From NCBI GenBank assembly GCA_039815375.1, contig JBCBZJ010000001.1, positions 160,001 through 224,000 of the forward strand: a stretch of 64,000 bases of DNA, read 5' to 3'. The notes beneath the pieces were generated by a model. That model saw only the letters and a program-made list of their open reading frames with translations. It searched no databases and was not told the origin of the DNA. Both the position numbers and the translations under genes were made by a program. Source of the DNA: Verrucomicrobiota bacterium (lineage in GTDB: Bacteria > Verrucomicrobiota > Verrucomicrobiia > Opitutales > Coraliomargaritaceae). This document shows, one piece after another, positions 47,856-56,676 of this stretch (within the stretch, counting starts at the first letter, position 1; every line of letters begins with the position of its first letter).

Positions 47856-48779
47856 ATGCTGTCCGCTACGAGTCCGAGCCCGGCCAAATCCGAGTCCAGA
47901 TTACGCACAAAGGGGATGGCTATCGTCAAACGACTCTCGAGCTCGCAACTCTATAAGGATTATGAAAAAGCATTCCACCAAGCGACGGGACTGACACTTG
48001 CGATTCGCCCGGCTAAATCTTACGAAAACGCACTACAGGATAGCGAAGGCGAGAGTCCCTTCTGCGCACTTCTGGCGCAAACCAACAAAGGCTGTGCAAA
48101 CTGTCTGAAGATGCAGAAAGATCTTGAGGAAAAGGCAGGTTTGGAGCCAGCGTCACTCCACTGTTTTGCCGGTCTCTGTGACAGTGCGGTGCCGATTCGG
48201 GTTGGTGACGAGCTCATCGCTTTTTTGCAGACGGGGCAGATTCTGCTGCACCAACCGAACCGAGAAGAATTTACTCGAACCACCAAACAGCTGCTGACCT
48301 GGGGGGCTGAGGTTAACCTGAAGGCACTGGAGGAGGCTTACTTTCAGACCAAGGTCTTCGACCGCGACCAATATAACGCGATGCTACGGCTGCTTTCGAC
48401 TTTTGCGGAACATCTTGCGACAATTAGCAATAGTATCGAATCGGTGGTCGACACGCAGGAACCCGTACTTGTCAGTAATGCTAAGCGCTACATTCAGGGT
48501 AGCTACCAGGATAAAATCTCACTCGACGAGGCTGCGCAGGCTGTCAATGCCAGCACGCGGCACTTTTGTAAGATCTTTAAGGAAGCGACCGGGACGACCT
48601 TTACCGACTACCTCGCCCGCGTGCGCGTTGAGAAAGCCAAGAACATGCTGCAAAACCCGCACCTGCGAGTGAGTGAAATCGCTTTCGAAACCGGCTTTGA
48701 TTCGATCTCGCAGTTCAATCGATCCTTCAAGCGCATCACCGGTTTGGCGCCGACTCAGTTTCGCAGCGAGTTTTGCTGA
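47856..48779 (+). CDS. AraC-family regulator with PocR-type sensor domain
   Basis: SPFC..., HCFAGLCDSAVPI..GQ (PocR-like); C-terminal HTH FKEATG...SEIAFETGFDSISQFNRSFK. Confidence 0.92.
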   Translation: MLSATSPSPAKSESRLRTKGMAIVKRLSSSQLYKDYEKAFHQATGLTLAIRPAKSYENALQDSEGESPFCALLAQTNKGCANCLKMQKDLEEKAGLEPASLHCFAGLCDSAVPIRVGDELIAFLQTGQILLHQPNREEFTRTTKQLLTWGAEVNLKALEEAYFQTKVFDRDQYNAMLRLLSTFAEHLATISNSIESVVDTQEPVLVSNAKRYIQGSYQDKISLDEAAQAVNASTRHFCKIFKEATGTTFTDYLARVRVEKAKNMLQNPHLRVSEIAFETGFDSISQFNRSFKRITGLAPTQFRSEFC

Positions 48780-48785
48780 ATAATT

Positions 48786-48816
48786 AAAAAAGCCGCTGAC
48801 GAATCAGCGGCTTTTT
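48786..48816. terminator. Bidirectional intrinsic terminator
   Basis: A-run, AGCCGCTGA-CGAA-TCAGCGGCT, T-run; between convergent genes. Confidence 0.9.
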
Positions 48817-48837
48817 GAAAAGTTGTGTTTTTAGTTG

Positions 48838-49521
48838 CTATGCGCGACGGCGCTTAAGCATTACAGACATGAGCCCACAGATTCCCGCAAGAAGTGCGTA
48901 GGCGCCCGGCTCAGGAACAACGTATGTTCCAAAGGTCGCTTGGAGCGATACGTCTGAGTAAGCAGTGATGTCAAAATTACCTGCATCTGTAACCCCCGCT
49001 GGGTTCGCAGCCGTTCCCGGTATACGATAAGATATACTGTCAGGAGCGAAATTGGTATCACCTTGACCGACAACTCCAAACGAGTCGACTACATCAAACT
49101 GACTTATGTCAGTTCCATCAGTGAATGTGCCGTTCGGAGTTGCTAGTGCAAGGATGTCGTCTCCATTCCAGTTAAGGATGCTGTTAACCACCGCACCTGA
49201 GACATCGGCATCAGGAAAACCAAGCGCCGTCATTGAAGTATCTGTAGTCGTGCCTCCGTATATATAAAAGAAATCCCCTGTACTTAGTGAAACTGCAGGA
49301 AGCTGATAGAAGGTATCGAAGGGGCCGGCACCGTTTGTATCTCTGACAATCCAAAGGTCAGACAGATCTGCAATAGCTTCTTCAGCTACAATTTCCATAG
49401 CTTTAGGTATACCGCCGGACTGGGTTCCGTCGACCATTCCAGATATAAGGGCCTGTGAACTAAGATTAGATGCAAGCACAGTTGATCCCGCTAATATTGA
49501 TATGACAGTTGATTTTCTCAT
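48838..49521 (-). CDS. PEP-CTERM protein with a lamin-tail-like domain
   Basis: LISGMVDGTQSGGIPKAMEI..., NWNGDDIL, VVDSFG; C-terminal VPEPG + TM + KRRRA. Confidence 0.88.
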   Translation of the reverse strand: MRKSTVISILAGSTVLASNLSSQALISGMVDGTQSGGIPKAMEIVAEEAIADLSDLWIVRDTNGAGPFDTFYQLPAVSLSTGDFFYIYGGTTTDTSMTALGFPDADVSGAVVNSILNWNGDDILALATPNGTFTDGTDISQFDVVDSFGVVGQGDTNFAPDSISYRIPGTAANPAGVTDAGNFDITAYSDVSLQATFGTYVVPEPGAYALLAGICGLMSVMLKRRRA

Positions 49522-49736
49522 AGTTTGATCACGATTTTGGGTTTTAATGATTAGTTTAGATCTATTGAAATGCTATTTCGAGTTAAATTTATCAAAATAC
49601 TGTTTCAGTTTGAATGAGCAGGTGTGTCATTTACGTGAAAAATATTTAGGTAATTACGTTCTATCATTTGCAGGTTTCCTGCCATTAGTTCGAAAATGCT
49701 GAAAATTGATATGTTTTCGGGTGATCCGACCATTTT

Positions 49737-50174
49737 TTAATCCTCGAAAGCAAAATTGACGCCTGTGATGCCGGCTGCAGAGACAGCATCCATCACACGG
49801 ATGATAACGGCGTGTTTTGTCTTGGGTGCGGGAGCGATGGTGACCTGCGTGACGGTTTTATTTGCAATACTGGCTTCCTGGAGCCGAGTCAGCATGGCCT
49901 GCAGCTCGACTAGCCTGGTGGCATCGGGACTGTCGTAACTATACTCATTCACAACGATTTGACCGTCGGATAGGACTTCGATGAACTGCTCGTCAGGGAG
50001 TTCGACCGGTTCCTCCTGCTCGACGGTGCCGGGGAGTTCAAATGAGATGTCGGCCTCCTGCTTCTCGAGAGAGGAAGTGACCATGAAATAGATCAAAAGG
50101 AGGAAGACCGCGTCGATGAGGGGCGCGATCGGAATGTCCGGCTTGTCCTCAGGCTTTTTTTTCAGGCGTCTCAT
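49737..50174 (-). CDS. exbD: ExbD/TolR-family protein
   Basis: IAPLIDAVFLLLIYFMVT with the TM Asp; periplasmic domain. Confidence 0.92.
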   Translation of the reverse strand: MRRLKKKPEDKPDIPIAPLIDAVFLLLIYFMVTSSLEKQEADISFELPGTVEQEEPVELPDEQFIEVLSDGQIVVNEYSYDSPDATRLVELQAMLTRLQEASIANKTVTQVTIAPAPKTKHAVIIRVMDAVSAAGITGVNFAFED

Positions 50175-50178
50175 TTTT

Positions 50179-50268
50179 TGAAGGATGAAATTTGAAACCT
50201 AAGACTTGAAAGAGGACTGTGTATCAGACCTGAGAATTGCAGAAGTTTGCGGATTGAGACATGAACCC
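50179..50268. repeat. Degenerate heptamer array between the two exbD genes
   Basis: TGAAGGA TGAAATT TGAAACC TAAGACT TGAAAGA ... TGCGGAT TGAGACA TGAACCC. Confidence 0.5.
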
Positions 50269-50344
50269 TGATGTTGAAAATAGTATGTTTCATCGGGACT
50301 TGAATTTCGTGTTTTTCGACATGGTGACAAAGATACTAATCAGT

Positions 50345-50758
50345 TCATCGGGCTTCGTAGGTGGCGTAGATGATTTCGTAAGCTCCGGCTTCTGCAGCGG
50401 TTTTCAGTAGCTTGCGGACGGATTCATACTCGGTATTTTGGTCGGCGCGAATCTGGACCCGGGTGGTCGGGGCGGCGGCAATCCGGGCAGTGATGGCGGC
50501 CTTGATCTGCTCAAGTGTGTGCGGCTGGTCGCCAATGTAGAAGTTACCTTCGGCATCGACCGAGAGAATTCCACGATCACTGGCGTCCTCGGGAACTTTG
50601 CTCTCCTCGGATTCCGGCAATTCGAGGTCGACAAGGCGCTGGCTCTTGGCGACCGAAGCGACCGTCATGAAAAAGACAAGGAGCAGGAACACCATGTCGA
50701 TCATCGGTGCCATTTGGAAGCTCTGCGGCTCTTGGTTTCTTCGTTTGATGCGTCTCAT
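50345..50758 (-). CDS. exbD: ExbD/TolR-family protein
   Basis: MAPMIDMVFLLLVFFMT, IRAD motif. Confidence 0.93.
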   Translation of the reverse strand: MRRIKRRNQEPQSFQMAPMIDMVFLLLVFFMTVASVAKSQRLVDLELPESEESKVPEDASDRGILSVDAEGNFYIGDQPHTLEQIKAAITARIAAAPTTRVQIRADQNTEYESVRKLLKTAAEAGAYEIIYATYEAR

Positions 50759-51832
50759 CTATCGACCGATTTTTCTATATTTCCCGCCATTGCGGCTTGC
50801 GATCCGGCGCATGTCATCACCGATCCGTCCATCTTCGATGTTTCGGGGGTCGGGAAAATGAATGGCATGGATGCGGACTTCGCCCTTTTGGGATTGCTGG
50901 CGGTTGCGGATATAATCGAGGGTTTCATCAAGTTCGACCGGACGTCCGAAATCGCTGCCTCCACGAGCGCTGTTATCTTCATTGTTATTTGTGAAGTAGC
51001 CGCCATTGGAGACCATGAAGATGGCATCCGGCTGCATATCGAAAGCTGCACCCATGATTGGAAGGAGGCCATTGGTATCTCGAGGGCCACCCCGGGCGCC
51101 TCCGGGCGAGCCTCCGCTGGCGTTGAAGCGCTGATTCAGCCACTCGATCGCGGTTGCCTTATTTGCTACGGTTGCGGTGACGAGGGCGTTTTGGAAATTA
51201 ATATATCCTCGGGCATGCAGAATAATCCCGAAGCGTGTGTTCGCATTGAGCTTATTGATAATTTTTTCAGTTTCCTGCCGGATGATATCGAAATCCATGC
51301 CTGCTGCGTCGACTGCCATAACAACCGACTGGGATACATCGATCATGATAACAAAACCGCGTGCCTCCTCGGTGATTCCCAGAAAAGATACGCTGGATGC
51401 CTGGGAGGAAAGTGCACCAAGCGCTCCCATCAGTCCGGACTGACCGAAAAGAGCATCGGATTCCGAAACCATGGCTTCGGTTTCGACCGGTGTGAAATCG
51501 ACATTCGGAACCTGAGGTAGGGCAGGGAGGGTTGAAAGCAGGCTCTCGGTGGTGAGTGCCGGGACGGTTGCGGGTGTGGCTGCGGCGTTTTGGAATTCAG
51601 CCACAGCCATTTGGTGCTCCAGCTCGCGTTGGGGTAGATAGATCGTTTTGGGTGCGTTGAAGACGGGCTCTTCGCGAAAGCTGGTCACAAGAACGGTGAC
51701 GAAACCGGATGTGAGCAGAATGAGGGCGATAACAAGGACTGCCTGACCGAGCGAAAGCAGGCGCGTGCGCTTTTTCGTTCGGTTATCGACTTCCACCTTG
51801 GTGCGGAAGTGGTTGTTTGTTGCAGTCTCCAT
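50759..51832 (-). CDS. Single-TM, Pro-rich-linker protein with a C-terminal vWA domain
   Basis: TM (AVLVIALILLTSGFVTVLV), F-x-APK/Pro-rich stalk, MIDAS IDVSQS, PDAIFMVSNG, IHAIHF, MRRIASRNGGKY. Confidence 0.82.
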   Translation of the reverse strand: METATNNHFRTKVEVDNRTKKRTRLLSLGQAVLVIALILLTSGFVTVLVTSFREEPVFNAPKTIYLPQRELEHQMAVAEFQNAAATPATVPALTTESLLSTLPALPQVPNVDFTPVETEAMVSESDALFGQSGLMGALGALSSQASSVSFLGITEEARGFVIMIDVSQSVVMAVDAAGMDFDIIRQETEKIINKLNANTRFGIILHARGYINFQNALVTATVANKATAIEWLNQRFNASGGSPGGARGGPRDTNGLLPIMGAAFDMQPDAIFMVSNGGYFTNNNEDNSARGGSDFGRPVELDETLDYIRNRQQSQKGEVRIHAIHFPDPRNIEDGRIGDDMRRIASRNGGKYRKIGR

Positions 51833-51853
51833 TAACTGGGGATAGGTCTCTTT

Positions 51854-52627
51854 CTACTCAGTAGGAGCTGCTGGTTTCGCGAGTGGATCGTAGGTTTCCT
51901 GATCGACGAAAGCGTCGACGAGATCGCCGCCGGTTTCGACTGTCTTAAGGATCTCGGCATTTAGTCGGTTACGGTAAACGAAGTAGGCGATCATGGCGGG
52001 AATGCCGATAGTCAGTCCAGTTGCGGTAGTTACGAGTGCTTCACCGATGTCTTCTGCCAGAGCCGAAGGATCGCCCATGCCGACCTGGCCAATGGTTTGG
52101 AATGCGCTGATCATGCCGCTGACGGTTCCCAAAAGACCAATCATCGGTGCGACTGCGGCGACTACGTTGAGATAGTTGATCCATTGGCTGATGGAGCCGT
52201 CCTCGCTCTCGATCACATCCATAAAGGTAGCTTCGACCTTCTCTTTGTTGCCGTCTGGCTGGTCGGGCCGCGACTTACTTAGGGCGCTGGCGAGGCTGCG
52301 AGTGAGGACGCTAGGTGTGCTCTGGCAGATGCTAAAGGCTTTTTGCACATCGCGTGCTGCAAGTGCATCCGAAAGGGGGCTGATTGATGCGACTGGAACA
52401 AAGCGCTTGGGCACAGTTTCCTTCCAGCAGTAAAAAACGAGGAAAAACATGAAGAGCGCAGATAGACCGAGTGGATACATCGCCCATCCACCTTGTTGGA
52501 GTAATCCAAATAGAGACGTATTCTGGGTGGCCGCAGCTTCAGCGGTTTCCTGACCAAAAAGCGAGGTTGTTGCGACAAGCAGAAGGAGAAAGCCTGCGGC
52601 AATGAATTTGATATTTCGATTTCGCAT
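51854..52627 (-). CDS. exbB: MotA/TolQ/ExbB proton channel protein
   Basis: GGWAMYPL, APMIGLLGTVSGMI, ALVTTATGL. Confidence 0.94.
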   Translation of the reverse strand: MRNRNIKFIAAGFLLLLVATTSLFGQETAEAAATQNTSLFGLLQQGGWAMYPLGLSALFMFFLVFYCWKETVPKRFVPVASISPLSDALAARDVQKAFSICQSTPSVLTRSLASALSKSRPDQPDGNKEKVEATFMDVIESEDGSISQWINYLNVVAAVAPMIGLLGTVSGMISAFQTIGQVGMGDPSALAEDIGEALVTTATGLTIGIPAMIAYFVYRNRLNAEILKTVETGGDLVDAFVDQETYDPLAKPAAPTE

Positions 52628-52653
52628 GTTCGTTAGTGATTAAATGTGTTGGG

Positions 52654-53700
52654 TTAGTTGTAAATTCGTGTTGGTAGCGATTCAACGGGATCGACTGGGG
52701 AAGGCGTTTGCAGGGGCTCCAGTTCGTGTATTTCGAGCTCTTTTTCGGCATTCTCTGTGACTTGGAGCTCTTCCGGCTCGGAGATTTCCAGATGAAAGAA
52801 CTCTGGTGCTTTTCCACTCAGGGCGGCCACATAGTCCGGCCATTTCATGCCGCGTTTCTGCATTTCGACGGCAAGCCGTTGCGGCTCTTCCTTCAGGCGG
52901 AGCTCCTCTGCTGAAAGGATGGCAAGCGCGTAGCATACATCAAGGTGGGCCATCGGCATTTGATTGGAAAAAGCGACAGGGTGCATCGCTGTCCAGAACG
53001 CGCGCTCAAAATCTTCATTTTGGAAATGCAGCTCGGCCAGCAGACGCCAGCCTAAGGCAGAATTTCCTGCCGGCTTGGCCTTCTGGATCCATTTACGTGC
53101 TTCTTCTTCGGCCTCCTCTTTCATCCCGCCGTCGAAGAAGGCAAGCAACAGATTCTCCTCCAGCTGGACGCGAATCGACTCATCTTCGATAAAGGGTTTG
53201 ATGAGGTCGATGATCGCAACGGCCCTTAGAGGTTTGTTGTTGAGGAGAGCAAAGTCTGCATAATCGATGAAAATGCCGAGGTCGCGTTGACTGAGCAGAC
53301 TCAGGTAGGGTCCCTGCTGCTGGTAAAAGGCACGATAAAGTTCGAACACATCCTCGACGCGCTCCGGACTGTCTTTCCAATCGGGAAGCAATTGCTTGTA
53401 TTTGGATCCGGGGAAACGAATTCCTTGTATCTCCGACGCGGGAAAGGTCATTTCAGCGGCACCGCCTCCAAGTGAAACTCGAAGCTTAAGTGTCGTGCCA
53501 TCCCAATCTGATACCATACCAGTTTGGGATTGTCCGCTTTCAAGGCCTATCGTCAGGGGGCCTTGGAGGACTTGCCGGACATTATTTACGCTTGGGCTCT
53601 CTTGAGCGAAGAGAGAGGAGGTCGCGAAGGAGGTGATGGTGACGGCCAGTCTGGCGGTCTTCGTTAGTGAAAGCACTCGACTGTCTATACAAATTCTCAT
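52654..53700 (-). CDS. Exported hypothetical protein (small beta N-domain plus TPR-like helices)
   Basis: Signal peptide; LESGQSQTG..WDGTTL...FPASEI beta module; helical C-terminus. Confidence 0.65.
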   Translation of the reverse strand: MRICIDSRVLSLTKTARLAVTITSFATSSLFAQESPSVNNVRQVLQGPLTIGLESGQSQTGMVSDWDGTTLKLRVSLGGGAAEMTFPASEIQGIRFPGSKYKQLLPDWKDSPERVEDVFELYRAFYQQQGPYLSLLSQRDLGIFIDYADFALLNNKPLRAVAIIDLIKPFIEDESIRVQLEENLLLAFFDGGMKEEAEEEARKWIQKAKPAGNSALGWRLLAELHFQNEDFERAFWTAMHPVAFSNQMPMAHLDVCYALAILSAEELRLKEEPQRLAVEMQKRGMKWPDYVAALSGKAPEFFHLEISEPEELQVTENAEKELEIHELEPLQTPSPVDPVESLPTRIYN

Positions 53701-56594
53701 TCCACACTCTCGGGGCCCACCCCGATCATTTCTTCAGCCGTTTCGTCAAGCGCTCCCGATGGAAGCGCCGCATAGAGACTGTCGCGCTTTGTTTCGGCTT
53801 GCTCCGCAATCGGCAGTTTGGTGATTGCCGGGTTCGATAGCATTTCGTCCAGTGTTCTGTAGGCCACGAGAGGATCACCGAGCTGTTCAAAGTGCAGCGC
53901 GCTCATCCAGTAAGCTTCCGCAGCCAGTTCAGGATAGGCTCGATAGACATTATAGACGCGCTGAGCGTAGGGGATCGCACGTTTGATATTTCCTGCACTT
54001 TCCGCATTCCGGCTCAGGGCAATGAGTGCCTTTGCGTGTGGACGTCCTTTCGCAGTCCGAAGCTTGAGCAGATCCTCGAGAACTGTTTCGGCTTCTTCGT
54101 ATTTGGCGGTTTCGGTTAATGCCTCGGCGTAATCAAGTGTCACCTTGGTCGAGAGCGGATGCAGCGGTGTCTCTGCCCGAAAGCGGGCCAGTTGAATTCT
54201 TGCGTCTTCATACTTCCCCTCTTGAAGATGAAGTCGTGCCCGCGCAAAATAAGCATAGCTTCGATGGAGGCTGTCGGGATACTCATCCTCCAGGCGTTCC
54301 AGATAGTCTTCGCTGACGCGGGGGTAACGGTCCACGAGTTCTGACGCGATTCTACCCAGACCCTCGGCGTCGATTCGTTCGATCGGGACTTGCTCGATCA
54401 CCTCGAAGATAAAGCTGGCCGGGTCTTCCGGAGGAAGCATCGATTGTAGGTAAAAGCTCAATCGCGAGAAATAAGTCAGGCGATCGTCTTCAAGGGCGGC
54501 TGCCCGAGCTTCATCGATCCAGGCTTTGAGCGCCTCCTCGCGTTCTTTCCGGCTGAGTTGGCTAAGTCGTTTCTCGATGCGTGCGTAGGCATCAATAATT
54601 GTTGGAACCTCACCTGAGTCGAGATCGTCTCCATAGAGGTCGAGGGCCTGCTTGAAGACGGCGCGAGCAAGTTCTTCGCTACTACGTTCGGTGTGGGTCC
54701 ATCCGATCCAATAGAGTGCTTCGCTGATGCGGTCTTTCCGGACGACATCTTCGCGATCGAGGTATTTTTGAAAGTGTTCAATGTGGGTTTCGAGGAAACG
54801 CTCGCGGACTTCAGGATCCTCCGCCGCTCCTGCGACAGCACGTAGAATCTTGCCGGCCTGAAAAACAGAATAGACGAACAGGTGTCCTGCTTCCGGGCTG
54901 ATATCCATGAAAATTCCTCGAGCTGTGGCGAGTTCACCACGACCCATTTCGATATCTCCGAGTAAGACGCGCGCCTGATCAATGCGAGTATGTAAAGGAT
55001 AGGCCTTCAGGTAGTCATTGATGGCAGTGAGCGCAGACTCATAGTCACGCTTTGCATAAAGCGTCGCCGCCTTATGGTAGGCGATCTCGGGCTCCAGTCG
55101 GTCGCTTTTGACTGACTGGGCCAATTCATCCAAAGCCATGAAAGCGGTATCGTAGTTGCGTTCCGTAAAGAAGGTCAACGCGCGCCATAGACGTGCTTCT
55201 TCAAAAAGATCGTTGTCCGGGTAACTTGCGATGAAGTTTTCAAAATCCATCCGAGCCTGGATCGGATCATTCATGTAGTTGTGATTAAATCCTCTCAGGA
55301 ATAGAGTTCTGGCTGCCAGGCGATGGTCTTGATGATTCTCTAGGAAAGTGGTAAATACTTCGATCGATTTTGGATACTCCTTCGCCTCTTGATAGGTGCT
55401 GCCCAGAAGATAAAGCGCATCGGGAACCAGTGGAGAATCGGGGAAACGTTTACTGAAGCCTTTGGCGATCTTGTAAGCATCCTCCCAGACGCCGACCTCG
55501 ATGGCAGCAAGTATCCAGCGGTAGTGGGCTTCAGATTGCTCTCGTTCGGACAACTCAGGATTTCTCGCCAGGCTTTCAAAAATGATCCACGCTTCACGCG
55601 GCCGGTTGGCAAGGAGATAGGCCTGCCCGAATGCCTGATATAGACCGGCCGTGTAGTCCTCTGCCTGTTGAAGGCCTTCGAGTTGAGCTTCAAGTTGCGC
55701 AATCAATCTTCTGTAGAACAAGGTCCAGAACTGGCCACCCTGATAAAGCCCAACGCTCATTCGACGAGACTCGAACCGAGCCCTAACTTCCTGCAGGCGG
55801 CGCGCCTGTCCTTTCACAAGTTCATCGTAGGGCGGGACCAGCCGATAGCATGCGATTGCATCATCATAATCGCCCGATTCAAGAAGTTTGCTCCCGAGTT
55901 TCAAAGCAGCAAAGGCAAGCACAGCCAGTTCCGGCATGTCCTGGATCGACCACTCCGAATTCAGAATATAGTCTTTGGCCCGATCCTGTAGGCCGAGTTC
56001 CAGGGACTTCTGTAGTGCAAACAAGCGAGCTTTCGACCGCAGCGCCCCATTACGTTGGCTCTGGTAAAGCTTATCCAGTGTATCAAGTGCCTCATCGTTC
56101 CGGCTAGACTCGAACATCAACCGAACCGCTTCTAGAGTAGCGAGAGCCGCCTCCGCTCGGGCTGGATTGAGGGCAACAAATTCCTTGTAGGTCTCAATTG
56201 CCTGATCGATATCTCCTTGTTCGGTATGGGCACGGGCGAGATTGAACACGACGAAACTGACCCGTGACTGATCCTCAGGATACTTTTCGATGAAACCCTC
56301 GAAAAGCGATACCGCCTTTTCGGTTTGGCCTCCCATAAGGGCCGAGTAACCATGAAGTGGAAGCAGCGTGATCTGGGAAACTTTGGTTGCGAGCTCGGGT
56401 TCCGACCCGAACTCCTCATCAATGATTTCAAAAACCTCAAATGCACCGGAGTAGTCGCCCGCAGCCAATGCCGCTTGTCCTTTTGCCAAGGCCTCCTGCA
56501 GAGTCAGTGCACTTTCAGATTCTGCCAAACAATGGCTAGTCCACGTCAAAAGCGAGGCAAAGCCAAGAATAGCAGATTTCGTTTTCTTTAGCAT
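53697..56594 (-). CDS. Large periplasmic TPR protein (CpoB/BamD-like repeats)
   Basis: Signal peptide; many TPRs with F-x3-YP motifs (FIEKYPED, RFPDSPLVPDALY, FIASYPDNDL). Confidence 0.88.
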   Translation of the reverse strand: MLKKTKSAILGFASLLTWTSHCLAESESALTLQEALAKGQAALAAGDYSGAFEVFEIIDEEFGSEPELATKVSQITLLPLHGYSALMGGQTEKAVSLFEGFIEKYPEDQSRVSFVVFNLARAHTEQGDIDQAIETYKEFVALNPARAEAALATLEAVRLMFESSRNDEALDTLDKLYQSQRNGALRSKARLFALQKSLELGLQDRAKDYILNSEWSIQDMPELAVLAFAALKLGSKLLESGDYDDAIACYRLVPPYDELVKGQARRLQEVRARFESRRMSVGLYQGGQFWTLFYRRLIAQLEAQLEGLQQAEDYTAGLYQAFGQAYLLANRPREAWIIFESLARNPELSEREQSEAHYRWILAAIEVGVWEDAYKIAKGFSKRFPDSPLVPDALYLLGSTYQEAKEYPKSIEVFTTFLENHQDHRLAARTLFLRGFNHNYMNDPIQARMDFENFIASYPDNDLFEEARLWRALTFFTERNYDTAFMALDELAQSVKSDRLEPEIAYHKAATLYAKRDYESALTAINDYLKAYPLHTRIDQARVLLGDIEMGRGELATARGIFMDISPEAGHLFVYSVFQAGKILRAVAGAAEDPEVRERFLETHIEHFQKYLDREDVVRKDRISEALYWIGWTHTERSSEELARAVFKQALDLYGDDLDSGEVPTIIDAYARIEKRLSQLSRKEREEALKAWIDEARAAALEDDRLTYFSRLSFYLQSMLPPEDPASFIFEVIEQVPIERIDAEGLGRIASELVDRYPRVSEDYLERLEDEYPDSLHRSYAYFARARLHLQEGKYEDARIQLARFRAETPLHPLSTKVTLDYAEALTETAKYEEAETVLEDLLKLRTAKGRPHAKALIALSRNAESAGNIKRAIPYAQRVYNVYRAYPELAAEAYWMSALHFEQLGDPLVAYRTLDEMLSNPAITKLPIAEQAETKRDSLYAALPSGALDETAEEMIGVGPESVE

Positions 56595-56614
56595 GCTGAG
56601 ATTTGAAAATACTG

Positions 56615-56655
56615 GCGGAAAAACCTAATCTTTATTTAGAATTAGGTTTTACCGC
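56615..56655. terminator. Intergenic hairpin after the 1404-aa gene
   Basis: GCGG-AAAAACCTAAT...ATTAGGTTTT-ACCGC. Confidence 0.5.
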
Positions 56656-56676
56656 AAGTAAGTAAAAGAAGCTGCT

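Noticed and set aside
50438..51520. 360-aa plus-strand ORF
   Set aside because: Antisense shadow of the vWA and exbD genes, with no recognisable motifs.
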